A stretch of 64,000 bases of DNA, taken from contig NC_057718.1 in the NCBI RefSeq assembly GCF_004010195.1, positions 51,840,373-51,904,372 on the forward strand, read 5' to 3'. Source of the stretch: Chiloscyllium plagiosum. Its lineage: Eukaryota. The notes beneath the pieces are model-generated. The model saw nothing but the letters and a program-made list of their open reading frames with translations, had not been told where the DNA came from and did not search any database. The translations under genes and the position numbers were made by a program. Every line of letters starts with the position of its first letter. Position 1 is the stretch's first letter. This document shows positions 25,883 to 39,375 of the stretch, in pieces.

Positions 25883-26382
25883 AACTTCCCACTCTTACGT
25901 GCACATCATTCACTTCTATTCCATTTTCTAGTGCTGTAACCAGAGTCAGTGGCTAGTTATTACCAGTTTTGGTTATTGCAATAGTTTCCAGAGCAAACTG
26001 CCACAGTCTATCTTCTATGAGTCTCAGTTCGACTGAAACTTGACAGCCTGTTTCCTCTCCTGCATCAAATCCAGATAACGGATTATAGTTACTGGGCTCC
26101 CAATTCACTAGAATTTACATTTGACACATTTATTAAAATTGATTCAGAATATGACTTGAAATCTCACCTTATTTTTAAATTCAACTCCCATCTATGAAGA
26201 CTGACAATGGCAGGTCAGCAGCTGATACTATGACATCATAAATTTATTTCCAACTATAATGCTTCAAGAATACCAACTTTTGTTGAGCTGGGACGTCATA
26301 CATCCTCAATAGCTTCGACAATACATTATGTCACAGTTTGAGATTTCTTAGCTCCTACATCCACACTGCAAGAAAACTAAAC

Positions 26383-26655
26383 AAAAACAGAAATTGCTGG
26401 TGAAACGCAGCAGATCTGGTAGTATCTCTGAGAGGAAAACAGAGTTAACAGTTCAACTCTGGTGACCCTTCACCAGAATTGATAGCAGCTTAGGAGTAAA
26501 AAAATCTATTTTTTTTTCCTTTAGTCCCAGCTGCTAACAGTTCTGATGAAAAGACACCAAATTCAAAACACTAACTCTGTTTTCTTCCAACAGCTGCTGC
26601 CAGACCTATTGGGTTTCACCAGCAACTTCTGTTTTTTTGTTACAGATCTCCAGCA
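26383..26655. mobile_element. Old, diverged hairpin PLE mini-element
   Basis: aaacagaaattgctggtgaaac... and ...gtttcaccagcaacttctgttt are inverted; degenerate ctgatgaa core at about 26544. Confidence 0.65.
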
Positions 26656-26896
26656 TTTGTTTAGTCAAAGAAAAGTAAAGGTTTTTGCTCAGGAAAAAAT
26701 AAAATTACACAAATACTTGTCATGATAGTCAAACTCCATATCCTATTTAAGAGGAGGATATTGCTCAGGGTCGGTCAGCAGGATCAGCTTTGGACAAAAC
26801 GTTAACCTTCTCCTCCTAAAGGCCATCCAGCAAAGTTGCTATTCCTTCAAGTAATATTCACATATGGACTACTGAGCAATAGTCAGCAAGATAGCA

Positions 26897-27461
26897 GGCT
26901 GAATTTTAAAGACAAATGACATGTTAAATTTTACAGCCTCCAGAGCTAACAGTGGGGAGCAATCCCACTGCAGGGGGTGGTGGGACAATAGAAGGCTTTT
27001 TTTTCTGGCCCTGGCCAGTTAAATGATGGAATATTAAGGATGGACAGCTACCCCAGGAGTTGCCAGCTCAAACACAGGGACAGTGGTGAGCTTTGTTCAG
27101 GCTGAAACTGCAGAGAGAGGGAGTCACAAAGATCAGGCACCCTCAAAGTCAGCTAAGTAGGATGGGAGGACACCAGGGCAAAGCAGACAAGGATTGGGTG
27201 TGGGGTTCATGGCATACAGGTGAAACCTTTGCCTTTAGCTGTGATCCCAGGAGCCAAAATGCCTGCCCCTTAATTAGCCACTTCTGTCCCTTCACTGAGT
27301 TTTTGGAAGTTGGCGAATCTCAATTTTTCCACTGCTGGAAAATGACACATCAAGGACGTGGTGAAGGGAGAGGGTGTAGCCAACAGTGTCCTGCCATCAT
27401 GTCACTTTTCCAAGCTTACTGCCTCCCAGCCTGTTGCCAAAAGGTTGGCAAAATTTTAGCC
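26897..27461. mobile_element. Possible old non-autonomous DNA transposon (Harbinger-type termini)
   Basis: Short inverted termini ggctgaatttt ... aaaattttagcc around a more GC-rich interior. Confidence 0.3.
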
Positions 27462-28149
27462 ATTAATGTGTCTGTGGCCAGGTGCTATTCAAAAAGTAAA
27501 TGATCATGCCACTTTGTGAATACTGTACATTCAACCAACCATTGCTTCATTCTATTGGAAAATTTATGAACATGTTGAGTTCAGGAAAAATCAAAAGTGC
27601 ATGCCCTCAGATTGGTTGATTCATACAGTTGACTTGAAATGATCCCATTCCAGAGTTGCTAGAAGTTTTAATGTTTTCAGGTCCTTAAGAAGGAATTGGT
27701 ACAATCCTGTGGTACAGACTGTCAAAGAAGAGAGGCAAGATCTCCCAACAGACTCAAAGGTTAGGAGTTTCAATAGCAGAGGGCAAGAGCAATAGTATCA
27801 TGAACAAGCTACTCATGACATTCTGAAGTGGACATATAGAACTGTTCTTTTATTGTCACAAGCCCAAAATCCTGAAATTTACAGTGTAACGCCTTGTGAG
27901 CACATGACGAAAGCTAGTATGATTCAAGCAAAAGGCCCAGTACAATCTCCTCTGACAATGTACAGCCTTGACTGAGTCAGTCATGACCTGACAGCAAATT
28001 TAAAAGTAATACTGATGAGAGTCACCCAAATGTCCCTCCCTATTTAAGGAATCAACAAACTCTTCATCATTCCCTCATTCATTTATTGTATTTACAAGAT
28101 GGAAAGGAATATCCACTCTTACCTCAACATATTCTCTAACATCAACACC

Positions 28150-28740
28150 AGTAGAAAGCAAGATCTCCTCTGCATCGAGGAGACAGGACATCAACTTGCA
28201 GATCATTTCAGAGAACATCTCTGGGACACCCACACCAATCAATCCCACCACCCCGTGGTTGAACACTTCGACTCCCCTCCCACTCCAAAGACATGCAGCT
28301 CCTGGGCCTCCTCCATCGCCAAACCATTACCACCCGACGCCTGGAGGAAGAACACCTCATATTCTGCCTTGGGACCCTACAACTGCACGGGATAAATGTG
28401 GATTTCAACAGTTTCCTCATTTTCCCTTCCTCCACATTATCCCAGTCCCAAGCCTCCAACTTGGCACTGCCCTCCCGACCTGTCCATCACCTTTCCCATC
28501 TATCCATTCCACCCCTCTCTCCAACCTATCACCAACTTCCTCACCTTAATCTACCTATCACATTCTCAGCTACCTTCCTCCCCAACCCCACCCCCTCCCA
28601 TTTACCTCTCAGCATCCCCACCCCCCAAGCCCATAAGCCTCATTCCTGATGAAAGGCTTATGCCCGAAAGGCCAATTCTCCTCCTCCGCGGATGTTGCCT
28701 GACCTGCTGTGCTTTTCCAGCACCACATTCTCGACTCTAA
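28150..28740 (+). mobile_element. PLE 3' fragment (GIY-YIG C-terminus, pyrimidine-rich UTR, hammerhead-like end)
   Basis: LLCIEETGHQLADHFREHL, RRLEEEHLIFCLGTLQLHGINVDF, and CTGATGA-aaggcttatgccc-GAAA at 28646-28669. Confidence 0.88.
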
Positions 28741-29369
28741 ACAAAACATGAGGCAGAATAGAAAAATTTGAAATGGAAGATGTCCAACAAACAATAATAC
28801 TTGGAAGATAATGGATATTTGAAAACACAATCTTCAAAATATATTTGAAAAGAAAACTGTGGTTGGATTTTCCAGGAAAGATGAAATCCGAAGTTTGACC
28901 ACAGAGTCAAAGGAGGCAATGTGGGCACCTATTTATTGCTGGTGGCGGCCAATTTACAATTTTAAACAGTTTCCTTTCCAAACTACTTCCAGCCTAATCA
29001 TAGGTGCCTCATATTTAGGACCCATAAAGAGTGTTGATTCAGGATCGGGAAGCTGGGAACAGGCATTCGGGCCCTTATGATTTCAGTTTTGGTTGTGAAG
29101 CGCATAACAGAGTTTGCCTGTTCCCAGCTGTCTCTGCTAACTTTTGAGGCTCTTAGTTAGCCTATGAAGGATTTCCTCATGGCACCACTGGTGAATGCTA
29201 CTGGCTTTACTTTGAGGTGGACATTAGGCTTGTTCCTAATAGAGGTGCATCTATAGATATAGCCAAACCCAATTATCGCATTCTCAATGGGGCCTGCCTG
29301 ACTAGCACTGGTGAAACTGCTCAAGGTACCTCATTATCCAACCTCTTCCCTGTTGGATACTATGATGTT

Positions 29370-29870
29370 ACTGTAATGTTAAGAGGTTATTTTGTCCTGG
29401 CTTCTTTTAAGAAAGAGGTTGAACAAGAGATATTGAACTGGCAATTGAAGACCTCTTGAATAAACAGCTTGGGGGTCCTTGGGTTTTTTTTTAATGCAGT
29501 CTGAATGGCCAGCTCTCTCAGATCAGGATTTCTGGCTAGCATCAGAAGCTATTAGGGTCTCAACAGATTTGAAAGCTTCATTCAAAGTCTCCCAACTGCT
29601 ACTATCCCTGAATTTTCTCTTGGTGTCTTTTTTCTCCTGGATTAGTGAACCGCATGTGAAAATCTGTGTCTGACATTGGCATTTTTTGCCAAGGGGTGTG
29701 TTTATGGGATGTTACTATATTTGAATAGTTAATTAGTAATAGTTACTGTGTCAATTATTCTGTTAACTTACCAATAGAGTTAAGTTATTCTAAATTTCTT
29801 TGGTAGTATTTTAACTACAGTGTTTAAATAAAGTGTGTTTGGCTTAACTTTGAGTAGTTTGATCAATCGC
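29370..29870 (+). mobile_element. Possible solo LTR remnant
   Basis: TG start and an AATAAA-containing T-rich 3' part, as in LTRs. No TSD or CA end confirmed. Confidence 0.3.
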
Positions 29871-30139
29871 TTTGAGGACAATCAGATGTTAAGTCTCACT
29901 CCTTTGAGGTCCCACATTGCTCTGCCTACAAATCCACATGACATCAATATAGCAGGTGGTGTATAAGGCATTCCACAGGATTAGCCAATGAGTTTTACTA
30001 GAGATCTTTGGGTGCATTTATGGCATCTTAAGGTCATCAGCAGTGCACTGATGTCATTTGCTTTCCTGGATGCTCAAAAAACAATAGAAAGTTTAAAGTT
30101 ATTGTTAGATTTGGACAAGCTAAGGCAATTATTTACCTT

Positions 30140-30780
30140 GCTGTACCTAATAGTTCCATCTTATTATCATGGCCCTAGCCAAGCTATTCCAGTGCAGCCA
30201 CAACACTTGAATATTAATAGTAATGTGGAAAATTGTCCAGATACATCCTGCCAACCAAACATGATGCAAATCCAACCAGACTAATAATTCAGCAAAGTGA
30301 CAGAAGTTGGTGTTGAAAGGGCTGTCAAGCAGCATTTGCTCAGCAATGATCTTTCAGATGCACAGTTTGGGCTTTACCAAAACCACTAGGTTTCTGATCA
30401 CATCAAAGCCTTATTCCAAACTGGGGACAAAAGAGCTGAACCCCAGGAGTGAGGTGAGAGTGACTGCCTCTGACTTCAAAGCAGCATTTAACAGAGTATG
30501 GTATCAGGGCGCCCTACTAAACTGGAGTCAATAAGCATCAGGGAGAACGTTTCCACTGGTTAGAGTCATACCTAGCACAAAGGGGAAGAAGGTCGTGCTT
30601 GGTGCAGGTCAATCATCTCAGTCACAACATAAATTCCTTTTCAAGCCACACACCATCCTGACTTGGAACTACATAGGTTAAAGAAGACAACTCATCACCA
30701 CCTTCTCAAAGGCAGTTAGGGATGGGAAATAAGTGCTGGCCAAACCAGCTATGACCACATCTCATGAACAAGTGAAAAGA
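30140..30780 (+). mobile_element. Old CR1/L2-group LINE fragment
   Basis: VRVTASDFKAAFNRVWYQGALL (RT motif) and the 3' tail caccaccttctcaaaggcagttagggatggg. Confidence 0.7.
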
Positions 30781-31309
30781 AGTAGAAGTCCAACTTAGTT
30801 AAAGAAAACAGTCCACGGTGTACAGACCATAGGAGTTTTGATAGATTCAACCAGCCATGTTAGCACCGACTATCTTTGAATGGAAGATGATCTGAAGCCG
30901 AGTTGTGACATCAATTACAATAGCTGCAGACATAAAGGCTGATAAAGGATGGATAACAGCTGCTCCATTTGGTAGAAAAAGACTTGTGAAGCAAGAAATT
31001 CCTACGTTAATGAATTCTGTTTTTATTACTGATTTAATGACACATTGAATGGAAATAGTATTCTGTTTCAAACAAAAGCTGCTTGATTTCACTGATGAAG
31101 TCCTACTCATTTAATGACGCATGCAAATCAGCTCTTTTGCTAGCAGAGAATGACCACAAAGTCTGATCACTTTATTAAACAAGTCGACCTAAATATACTA
31201 ACTACTGAAATATGTGAGGTACATAAAATGGAGAATTTTATATTACACTCATGGCTGGAATATTAGAAGCTATACAGGCTTAAATTGGAGAGTTACATTA
31301 GCCATTTTC

Positions 31310-32230
31310 TAGTCCTCTGGGTCTTTCTCTGTTACCAGTGATTCCTGAAAGATCACTACCAACAATCTCTTCATCCATCTCTTTCAGAATCCTGGAGTGT
31401 AGCCCATCCAATCTGGGTGATGTTTTCACCTTTAGATATTTTGCCTTCCACAGAATCTTCTTCTTAGTGATGACCAATTCATTCACTGCTGACTGTGACT
31501 GCCTTGAGGTTCTGGCAGACTACTGGTACCTATTCAGTTCCTCTTCCAGATGGGATTTAACCAGATTATGATAGAATTTGCCCTACAATTTGAGTGGGTG
31601 AAATTGAAGTAACAGTATTATAACTGAGTAAAGGCAACTACAAAGGCATGAGGGAGGTGCTATCCAGAATTGATTTGAAGGGGATTTTAGCAGGGAAGAT
31701 GGTGGAACAGCAATGGCAAGAGTTTCTGGAGGCAATTCGAGAGGCACAGCATAAATTCATCCCAAAGAAGAAGAAATATATTAAGGGGTGGACAAAGCAA
31801 CCATAGCTGACAAGGGAAGTCAGGGCCAGCATAAAAGAAAAAGAAAAATGTAGACAATGTGGCAAAGATTAGTGGGAAGCCAAATGATTGTGAAGCCTTT
31901 AAAAAACTAGCAAAGGACAACTAAAAATACAATAGGGGCGGAGAAGATAAAATATGACGGTAAGCTAGCTCGTAATATAAAAGAACATTGTAAGAGTTTT
32001 TTATGGATAAAGGGTAAGAGAGAGGCATGAGCAGGGGTTGGACCACTGGAAAATTAGACTGGTGAAGTAATAATGGGGAACAAAGAAATGGTGGAGGTAC
32101 TGAATAGGCACTTTGCATCAGTCTTTATGGTGGAAGACACCATCAGTGTACCAGAACTTCAAAGGGGTAGAGGCGAGTATTGTGGCCGTCACTAAAGAGA
32201 AGGTACTGGAAATGCTCATAGGGAGCTGAA
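31310..32230. mobile_element. CR1 fragments (31310-31510 minus, 31560-32230 plus)
   Basis: Minus KTSPRLDGLHSRILKE (SPGPDGLHPRVLKE-like); plus linker region with tttgcatcagtctttatggtggaagac. Confidence 0.7.
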
Positions 32231-32759
32231 AACGAAATAAGAATTCAAGCTTAGGTTTTAGAGGTCTTTCAATGTAACTGAGTGAAATGCATTTTATTTT
32301 GGGAGAAAGTATATGGATCTCACATACACCTTGCAAAATAAATGTTTACGTGTGATTGAAGAGCAAAGGGATCTCAAGTATAGAACCACACGTCATTCTT
32401 CATCCTTGAATCCATCCAATCAGGTCTTCATTGGTGGCCATGTCTTCAGCTGCTAAAGTACGAAACCCTGTTTTCTGCCTGAATCTCAATCTCTTTACCT
32501 TTCTTTTCTTTGTTAAACATTACTTGATTTTTACCTCTTTCAACAAGCTCATATCTCCTGATGTTATTCAATGGTAAATTTAGTTTTTCAGTATTCATGT
32601 GAATTGCCTTGGGACATTTTATTACATTAAAGGTCCAAAGGTACCAACTTGCCCTCTGGGTTTTGAAACTTGAGTAGCTCGAATCACCACTGTGAATTGT
32701 GAGGTAGACAACTACGTGGAAACACATTTACGAAGGTGGCCACTTTGCAGGTTAGAGAC

Positions 32760-34170
32760 ATGACCATAAAGGACTGGGCCATTCAGCCCCTGAAGCCTAC
32801 TTTGACAATCTAAATTATCTTTGATCATCTTTCTCAACACCATATTCCCATGCTATTTTCATGTCTTAATAACTTAATAACATGCTATTTTCATTAATCA
32901 CTGGAAATCTATCAACCTATACCTTGAACTTTCTTAGTGACTGAGATTCGACAGTCCGAGGGGGTAGAGAATTCCAAATATTCATCACCTTCTGAGTAAA
33001 GAGGCTCCACTTCATCATTGGACTAATTAAGTTGTCTTTTAATCTGAAACCATCCCCTTTACTCTAAACTCCAAAGTAAGTTGAAACATTCTCTCTGCGT
33101 GTACTCTGTCTATCCCTTTAGGAATTTTATCAGTTTCTATAGATCAATCCGCATCATTCTTAACTCCAGAGAATTCAGGCCTAGTCTCTTCAATGCCACT
33201 GCAAAGAACAAACTCAGCACCTCAAGAAGCAACCTGGTAAATCTTTCCTCCACTCCGTCTAAGGCAAATATAGTTATCCTTAGCCAAGGGAACCAGGCCT
33301 CCTCACAATTCTCCAAGTATGGTCTGAGCAATGATCAACACAATTGAATCTAGGCTTTTTTGCTCCTAAACTCAAATAGGAACATAGCAACAGGAGTATG
33401 TCATTGAGCCCCATGAGCCTTTTCGTCATTTAATGATATCATGGCTGATCAGTGGCCTAACTCCATATCCTTGACATAAAAACAAAAATTGCTGGAAAAG
33501 CTCAGCAGGTCAGGCAATATCTTTGGAGAGAAATCAGAGTTAACATTTCAGATCAAGTGACCCTTCCTCAGGCAAATCCTTGCCTTTGGCCCATATACAG
33601 AGGAACCTTGATTATCTGGCATTTTATTATTAGCAAAGTCCCAATGCTTGGATAAACTATGTTACCCGGCATTCAGATATCCGGAATTTGAGTATCCAAA
33701 TGAAATACACCTCACCGATGTTTTCAGATAATCGAGGCTCCTCTGTAACTTAATACCTTTGCTGAGCAAAAAAAAATTATTCATCTCAAGATAAAAACTA
33801 ACAACTAATGTACCTATTGGTGGAAGACAGTTCCAGACCTATACCACCCTTTGTGTGTAAAAGTACATCCTAAGATCTCTCCTGAATGGTCTGGTCCGAA
33901 TTTTTAGATTATGCACCCGAGTTTTAGAAACCTCAAAAAATGGAAATAGTTTATCTTTATCTACTCTGTCTTTTCCTGTAAATAACTTAGAGACGTTGAT
34001 AAGCCATCGGTCAATCTTTTTAAAATCCAGAGAAAATAGGCTTAATTTATATTATCTCCCCATATAACATAAACCCCCAAAATCCACAATTCACTCTCAT
34101 AAATCTATTTTGTACTCCCTGCAAGATACTTACATCCTTCCGAAAGTGTAGTGCCCAGACTTGCTCACAA
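32760..34170 (-). mobile_element. Two decayed CR1 3' fragments, with a PLE end (33478-33570) and a MITE inserted
   Basis: LRPYLENCEEAWFPWLR..ERFTRL..RLGLNSLE and CR1 3' UTR motifs (ggccattcagcccc). Confidence 0.7.
33598..33745. mobile_element. pogo/Tigger-type MITE, 148 bp
   Basis: TA|cagaggaaccttgattatctg ... cagataatcgaggctcctctg|TA. Confidence 0.85.
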
Positions 34171-34321
34171 AACCCCAAATATACCAGGAAGTGTGAGGGA
34201 GTGCACCAAAGAGTCCAGGGAACCCCAAATTCTACTTTTCTGGTTAATTGTTTGGTAGAGGAGGACGTGCATCAGATTTCTGAGATGTTGGGACAACATC
34301 TGGGGTAGGGGGTACCTGTGC

Positions 34322-35261
34322 AATCTGAATAGGCAAGGACTGATTAGGGATAATGGCTTTGCGCATGAGAATTCATGTCTCACAAACTTGATTAAGTTTT
34401 TTGAAGAAGAAATGAAGAGGACCGATGAGGGCAAAGCAGTGCACGTGATCTGTATGGACTTCCCTAAGGCAATTGCAAAGGTTCCTCATGGCAGACTGGT
34501 TAGCAAGGTTAAATCTCATGGAATACAGGGACAACTAGCCATTTGGATACAAAACTGGCTCAAAGATAGAAGACAGAGGGTGTTGGGGAGGAATGCTTTT
34601 CAGACTGGAGGCCTGTGACCAAGTAGTGTGCCACAAGGCTTGGTGCTGGGTCCACTGCTTTTCGTCATTTATGCAAATGATTTGAAAGTCAACATGGGAA
34701 GTATAGATAGTAAATTTCCAGATGACACCAACATTGGAGGTGTAGTGGATAGTGAAGAAGGTTACCTCAGATACAATGGGATCTTAATCAGATGGGCCAA
34801 GGGGCTGAGGAGTGGCAAATGGAGTTTAATTTAGATAAACGTGAAGTGCTGCATTTTGGAAAGGCAAATTAAAACAGGACTATACACTTAATGCTAAGGC
34901 CCTGGGAGTGTTATTGAACAAAGAGACCTTGGAGTGCAGGTTCATCGTTCCTTGAAAGTGGTGTCGTAGGTAGATAGTGTAGTGAGACGATGTTTGGAAT
35001 GCTTTCCTTTATTGTCAGAGCATCGAGTATAGGAGTTGGGAGGTCATGTTGTGACTGTACAGGACGTTGGCTAAGCCACTTTTAGAATATTGTGTGCAAT
35101 TCTGGTATACCTCCTATCAGAAGGGTTTGAAACTTGAAAGGGATCAGAAAAGATTTACAAGGATGTTGCCAGTGTTGGAGGTTTGAGCTATAGGGAGAGG
35201 CTAAATAGGCTGGGGCTGATTTCCCTGGAGCATCGGAAGCTGAGGGGTGACCTTATAGATG
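34322..35261 (+). mobile_element. CR1 LINE RT fragment
   Basis: MDFPKAIAKVPHGRL and [25 protein letters not shown]. Confidence 0.9.
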
Positions 35262-35552
35262 TTTCTTTAGATGGGTGATGTCATTTTCAGTTCTTTTTCT
35301 CAAGGGAAGGTAGATAGTGTCAAAATCAATGTGTTTCTTGATGGAGTTCTGGTTAGAATGCCATGCCTCTAAAAATTCTTAGAGGCCTATGATCTCTAAG
35401 GTGGGACATACCACCAGCACTTCACCAGAGACTCTTACTGATGATGTTAACTAGAATGGTGACGAAACTTCTGAAAACAAACCTTCAAGCTCAGCGAGCT
35501 AACTTACAAAACTTATTATCAACCTGAGCTATAAATCTTCTCAAAAATCGCT
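35262..35552. mobile_element. Second PLE family (Penelope/Poseidon-like): inverted ORF tail plus hammerhead-bearing 3' end
   Basis: Minus 35262-35380 reads EFLEAWHSNQNSIKKHIDFDTIY. Plus CTGATGA-tgttaactagaatggtgac-GAAAC at 35438-35468. Confidence 0.75.
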
Positions 35553-35849
35553 ATCTCTATGATTCTATGACTCTACGGCTGATGTCCGTTCAGGAGATGC
35601 GTTAGTGCTGTTGGAAAAGGTTTTAATATCTGAGAGGTAGAACTTTGGAAGGAATCAAAGCTTGTCACACTGACTCGAAAAGTGGAAGGTGAAATGAAAA
35701 GGAGGCAAAATGAAGACGAGCATCAACTGAGCTTAGAATGCAGAGTAATTTCATAACAACAAAGTCAAGGCCACTCTACCTAAATGTGTGTAACATTCTT
35801 AAATTGAAATCATTTGAAGGTAGTAATTGAGGCAAATCATAGACCCACT

Positions 35850-36112
35850 ATAGTGTTGAAGCAGGCCATTCAGCTCATCAAGTCCATGCTGCCCTCTGAA
35901 GTGCATCCCACTCAGACCGATCCCATATTCTAACCCTGTACCCCCGCATTTCCCATGGATAATCCACCTAGCTCACATCTCCATGGGCACTATGGGACAA
36001 TTTAGCATGGCCAATCCACCTAATCTGCCCAACTATGGACTGTAGGAGGAAACTAGATCACCCAGAGGAAACCCACACAGACAAAGGGAGAATGGAAAAC
36101 TCCACAGTGCCA
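35850..36112 (-). mobile_element. HE1/V-type SINE
   Basis: Reverse complement of the V-domain-like gtgggtttcctc...ctacagtcca and a CR1-derived tail. Confidence 0.8.
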
Positions 36113-36559
36113 GGTATTGGAGGAAACCATAGTCAGCAGTGATGCATGACCTAGCATTTTGTATTGAAAATAACTAATCTTATTGTAAGATAACCTTTAG
36201 GATCAGTGAACACAATGTGATTTAAACTTATATTATTTTGAACATGCGGTTGTTCAGTCTGAAATCAGGTGTCTAAATTTGGAAATAAGAACACTTTAAG
36301 TATGAGGGGCAAATACAATAAGGCAGATAGGAAAATATATTGAAAAGAGTAATAGTACATGGTCAATAGATAGTTTTTAAAGAACTGCCATATAGTTCAT
36401 AGAAACCATATATTCCTTCAAAGCAACAACAAAATATTAAAAGAAAGCACCTATAAAGTTTCCAAAATTACTGGTAAATCTAAATATTAAGAGGTTTTTA
36501 GAATGGAGGAAAGGAGCACAATGAAACGGAGAAAGAATGGATGAAGAAACTGAATACTA

Positions 36560-38447
36560 AGTATTTTCAAATCATAAAATCATCTCTAGGTATGTATAAA
36601 GGAAATATTCTGCTAAAGTAAATGCATGCCCATGGCATGCAAAGTGAGGAAAATCTACACCGGGAAATACAGAATAGTAGAGAAGCCAAATAATTACATC
36701 TTGGTTGTCTTCAAGGAGATACAGGAAATATCCCAGCTGTACTCATCTAAGGGATTAGGGAGAATGAGGGACTGAAGGAAATCATTACTGGTAAGAATGT
36801 TGTGTTGGAGAAATTAATAGGACTGAAGTTGATATGTCACCAGGACCTGATAGTCTACATCCCAGAGTGTTGGAAGAGGTAGCTATCGAGAGAGTTGATA
36901 CTTTGGTGATCATCTTCCAAAATTCTAGATACTGGAATGGCTCCTGTGAATTGGCTGGGAGCAAATATGCAATTGTAATCACTATTTAAGAAGAGGGCAT
37001 GGGGAGGGAAAATAGGAAACAAAAGAGCTGTAAGCCTTCCATCAGCTGTAGGCAAAATACTAGAATCTATCTAAAAGGTTGAGAAAGGACATTTGGATAA
37101 TAATGACCTAACTGGCATACTCAGCATGGATTTGTGAATGAGAAATCACGTTTGACAAATCTGTTGTGGTTTTTCAGGACGTTACAAACAAAATCATTCA
37201 AGGGGAGTTAATGGGTATAGTATGATTAAATTTTCAGACAGCCTTTGATAAAGTCCTCACAGGAAGTTGGTTAGCAAAATTAAAGTGCATAGAACAGGAG
37301 GTAATGTATTGGCATAGATTAAGGACAGGCTAATAGGCAGAAAGCTGAGCATAGGAATAAAGTAGTCATTTCCACACTGGTAGGCTGTGATTAGTAAGGC
37401 ACCACAAGGTTCTGAGCTTGGGCTAATTGTTTACAATACATATCAATGATTTGGATGTGGCGAATACAATATCAAGTGGAAACATGTGAGATGATCCACT
37501 TTTAAAGAAGGAATAGATGGGTAGAATATTTTTTTAAATGGTGAGAGGTGGGAAAGTGGAAATGTACAAAGGATCTTAGAGGTCCTTGTCAATAATTCAC
37601 AGAAAGCTAACATGAAGGTGTAACAAGCTAATGAATGTTAACCATTATCGCAAGAGGATTTGAGAACATAAGCAGTGAAGTCTTGCTTCAATTATATAAA
37701 AGCTTGGTTAGACCACATCTGGAATACTGAGTGTAGTTGTGGTCTCTTTACTTCAAGAAAGATATTATATCTCGGAAGGAGTGCATCAAAGATTCACCAG
37801 ACTTGTTTTCAGTATGGGGGGGGGGGGGGCGGAAACTACTCAATGAAGAGAGGTTTGACAAACCAAGCTAATATTCTACTCAGTTTTGAAGTTTGAGTCA
37901 TGATCTCATTGAAACCTAGGCTTTTCTTAAAGACATAGACAGGGGAGATACAAGTAAGATCCTTCCCTCGGTTGAGGAGGTTAGAAGCAGGCACACAATT
38001 TAAAAATAAGGGGAATGTCATTTAGCATAAAGCTGAGGAGATTTCTTTTTTTATTATTCAGAGGGTGTGAATCTTTGGAATTTTCCACCCCAAATGGCTA
38101 TGGATACTCTAATATCAATCAAATACCAAAAGTACTATATAAATATAAATTAATGAAACGTCCTCCAAGCATTTCATAGGAACATTATAAAATGAAATAT
38201 TACACCAAGGTATATGAGGTGATATTAAGTCAGTTAGCTGAAAGTTTGGTCAAAGACTTTGGTACAAAGGAGTTTCTTAAGAACATAGAAATGGGAGTAA
38301 TTTAGCCCCTTGAGTGTACTGCATGTTGAGTATATTAAAATGAGATGTTGACAGCTTTCTGGTTATAAATGGCGCAAAAAGTAAGATTTTGGAGTGTTCA
38401 GTGATGCAGCACACTCAAGGGGCTAAATTACTCCTATTTATATGTTC
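36560..38447 (+). mobile_element. Decayed CR1 LINE with an inverted insertion in its 3' UTR
   Basis: tcaccaggacctgatagtctacatcccagagtg (SPGPD.LHPRV), cagcatggattt (QHGF), gcctttgataaagtc (AFDKV), and a 3' tail ending tatgttctt. Confidence 0.85.
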
Positions 38448-38623
38448 TTAAGAAACTCCTTTGTACCGAAGTCTTTGACCAAACTTTCGGCTAACTGGCC
38501 TACTATCTCCTCATATAGCTTGGTGTATTCTTTCATTTTATAATGTTCCTATGAACTGCTTGGAGACATTTCATTAATTTATATTTATATAATACTTTTG
38601 GTATATTATTGACATTAGAGTAT
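38104..38623. repeat. Long inverted repeat, about 220-bp arms with an 79-bp spacer
   Basis: 38104-38324 is the diverged reverse complement of 38404-38623. Confidence 0.92.
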
Positions 38624-39000
38624 TGAAAACTAGATAGCAATAATATTAAATGGTCAGTAGTAACTTAATCTCATCAGGAATTCACATAAAACTTCCCACA
38701 ATGTGGAACATGCAATTATGTTGAGCAGTTGAGCTGACTAATATAAATGCATCTAAGACTAAGTTATATAAAAACATTAGAGAGGGAGGAAAAAAATACA
38801 TAGTGTTTAATAAAGCAGTATACAGGACACTTGTGCGTCAGCACAAACATACACTTAGGCCCTATTAGACTGAATGATCTTCCTCAGCACTAAAGATTCT
38901 ATGTAATATTAAAAAAAAACTTGTCTTCGTTGAAATGGCTGATTGTTTGTCCATACCAAAGACAATACATCATGTACTGAACATTAATTAGCAGGTATTA

Positions 39001-39375
39001 AGTGAGATAGTGGTGTAGTGGTAATGTTCTCTGGATGAATAATCCAGAACCCTAGGTTTGTGATCTGGGCACATGGGTTTGAATCTCACCGCTGCAGAGT
39101 ATTAAATTTGAATTTAAGTCTAGCCATGTCTCTCGAATTCAATAAAAATAACAAAAAGTTTGCCTAATTATGACAATGTAGTCAATTGCCATACATTAAA
39201 AAAAAGCTGATTCATTAATGCCTTTTAGGGAAGGAAATCTACTGCCTTTTCCTGCTGTAGCCTAGATTCCAGACCCACAGCAGTACAGTTGCCCTTCACT
39301 GCCCTCTAGGCAATTGGGGGTAAGCAATAAACTCTGGCCTTGCCAGCAATACCGACATTCCATGAACAAATTCAA
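39001..39375 (+). mobile_element. tRNA-derived SINE with a LINE-derived tail
   Basis: A-box-like tggtgtagtgg, B-box-like ggtttgaatctc, and the tail ggcaattggggg..aataaa..ccagcaataccgacattccatgaac shared with the old LINE. Confidence 0.75.

Noticed and set aside
27093..27503. 136-aa ORF
   Set aside because: Lies in a probable old non-autonomous transposon; no motif or splice support.
31092..31130. CTGATGA as a hammerhead or C/D snoRNA box
   Set aside because: No stem II followed by GAAA, and no convincing terminal stem with a D box.
39001..39095. tRNA gene
   Set aside because: Only degenerate A/B boxes continuing into a SINE body; no cloverleaf.
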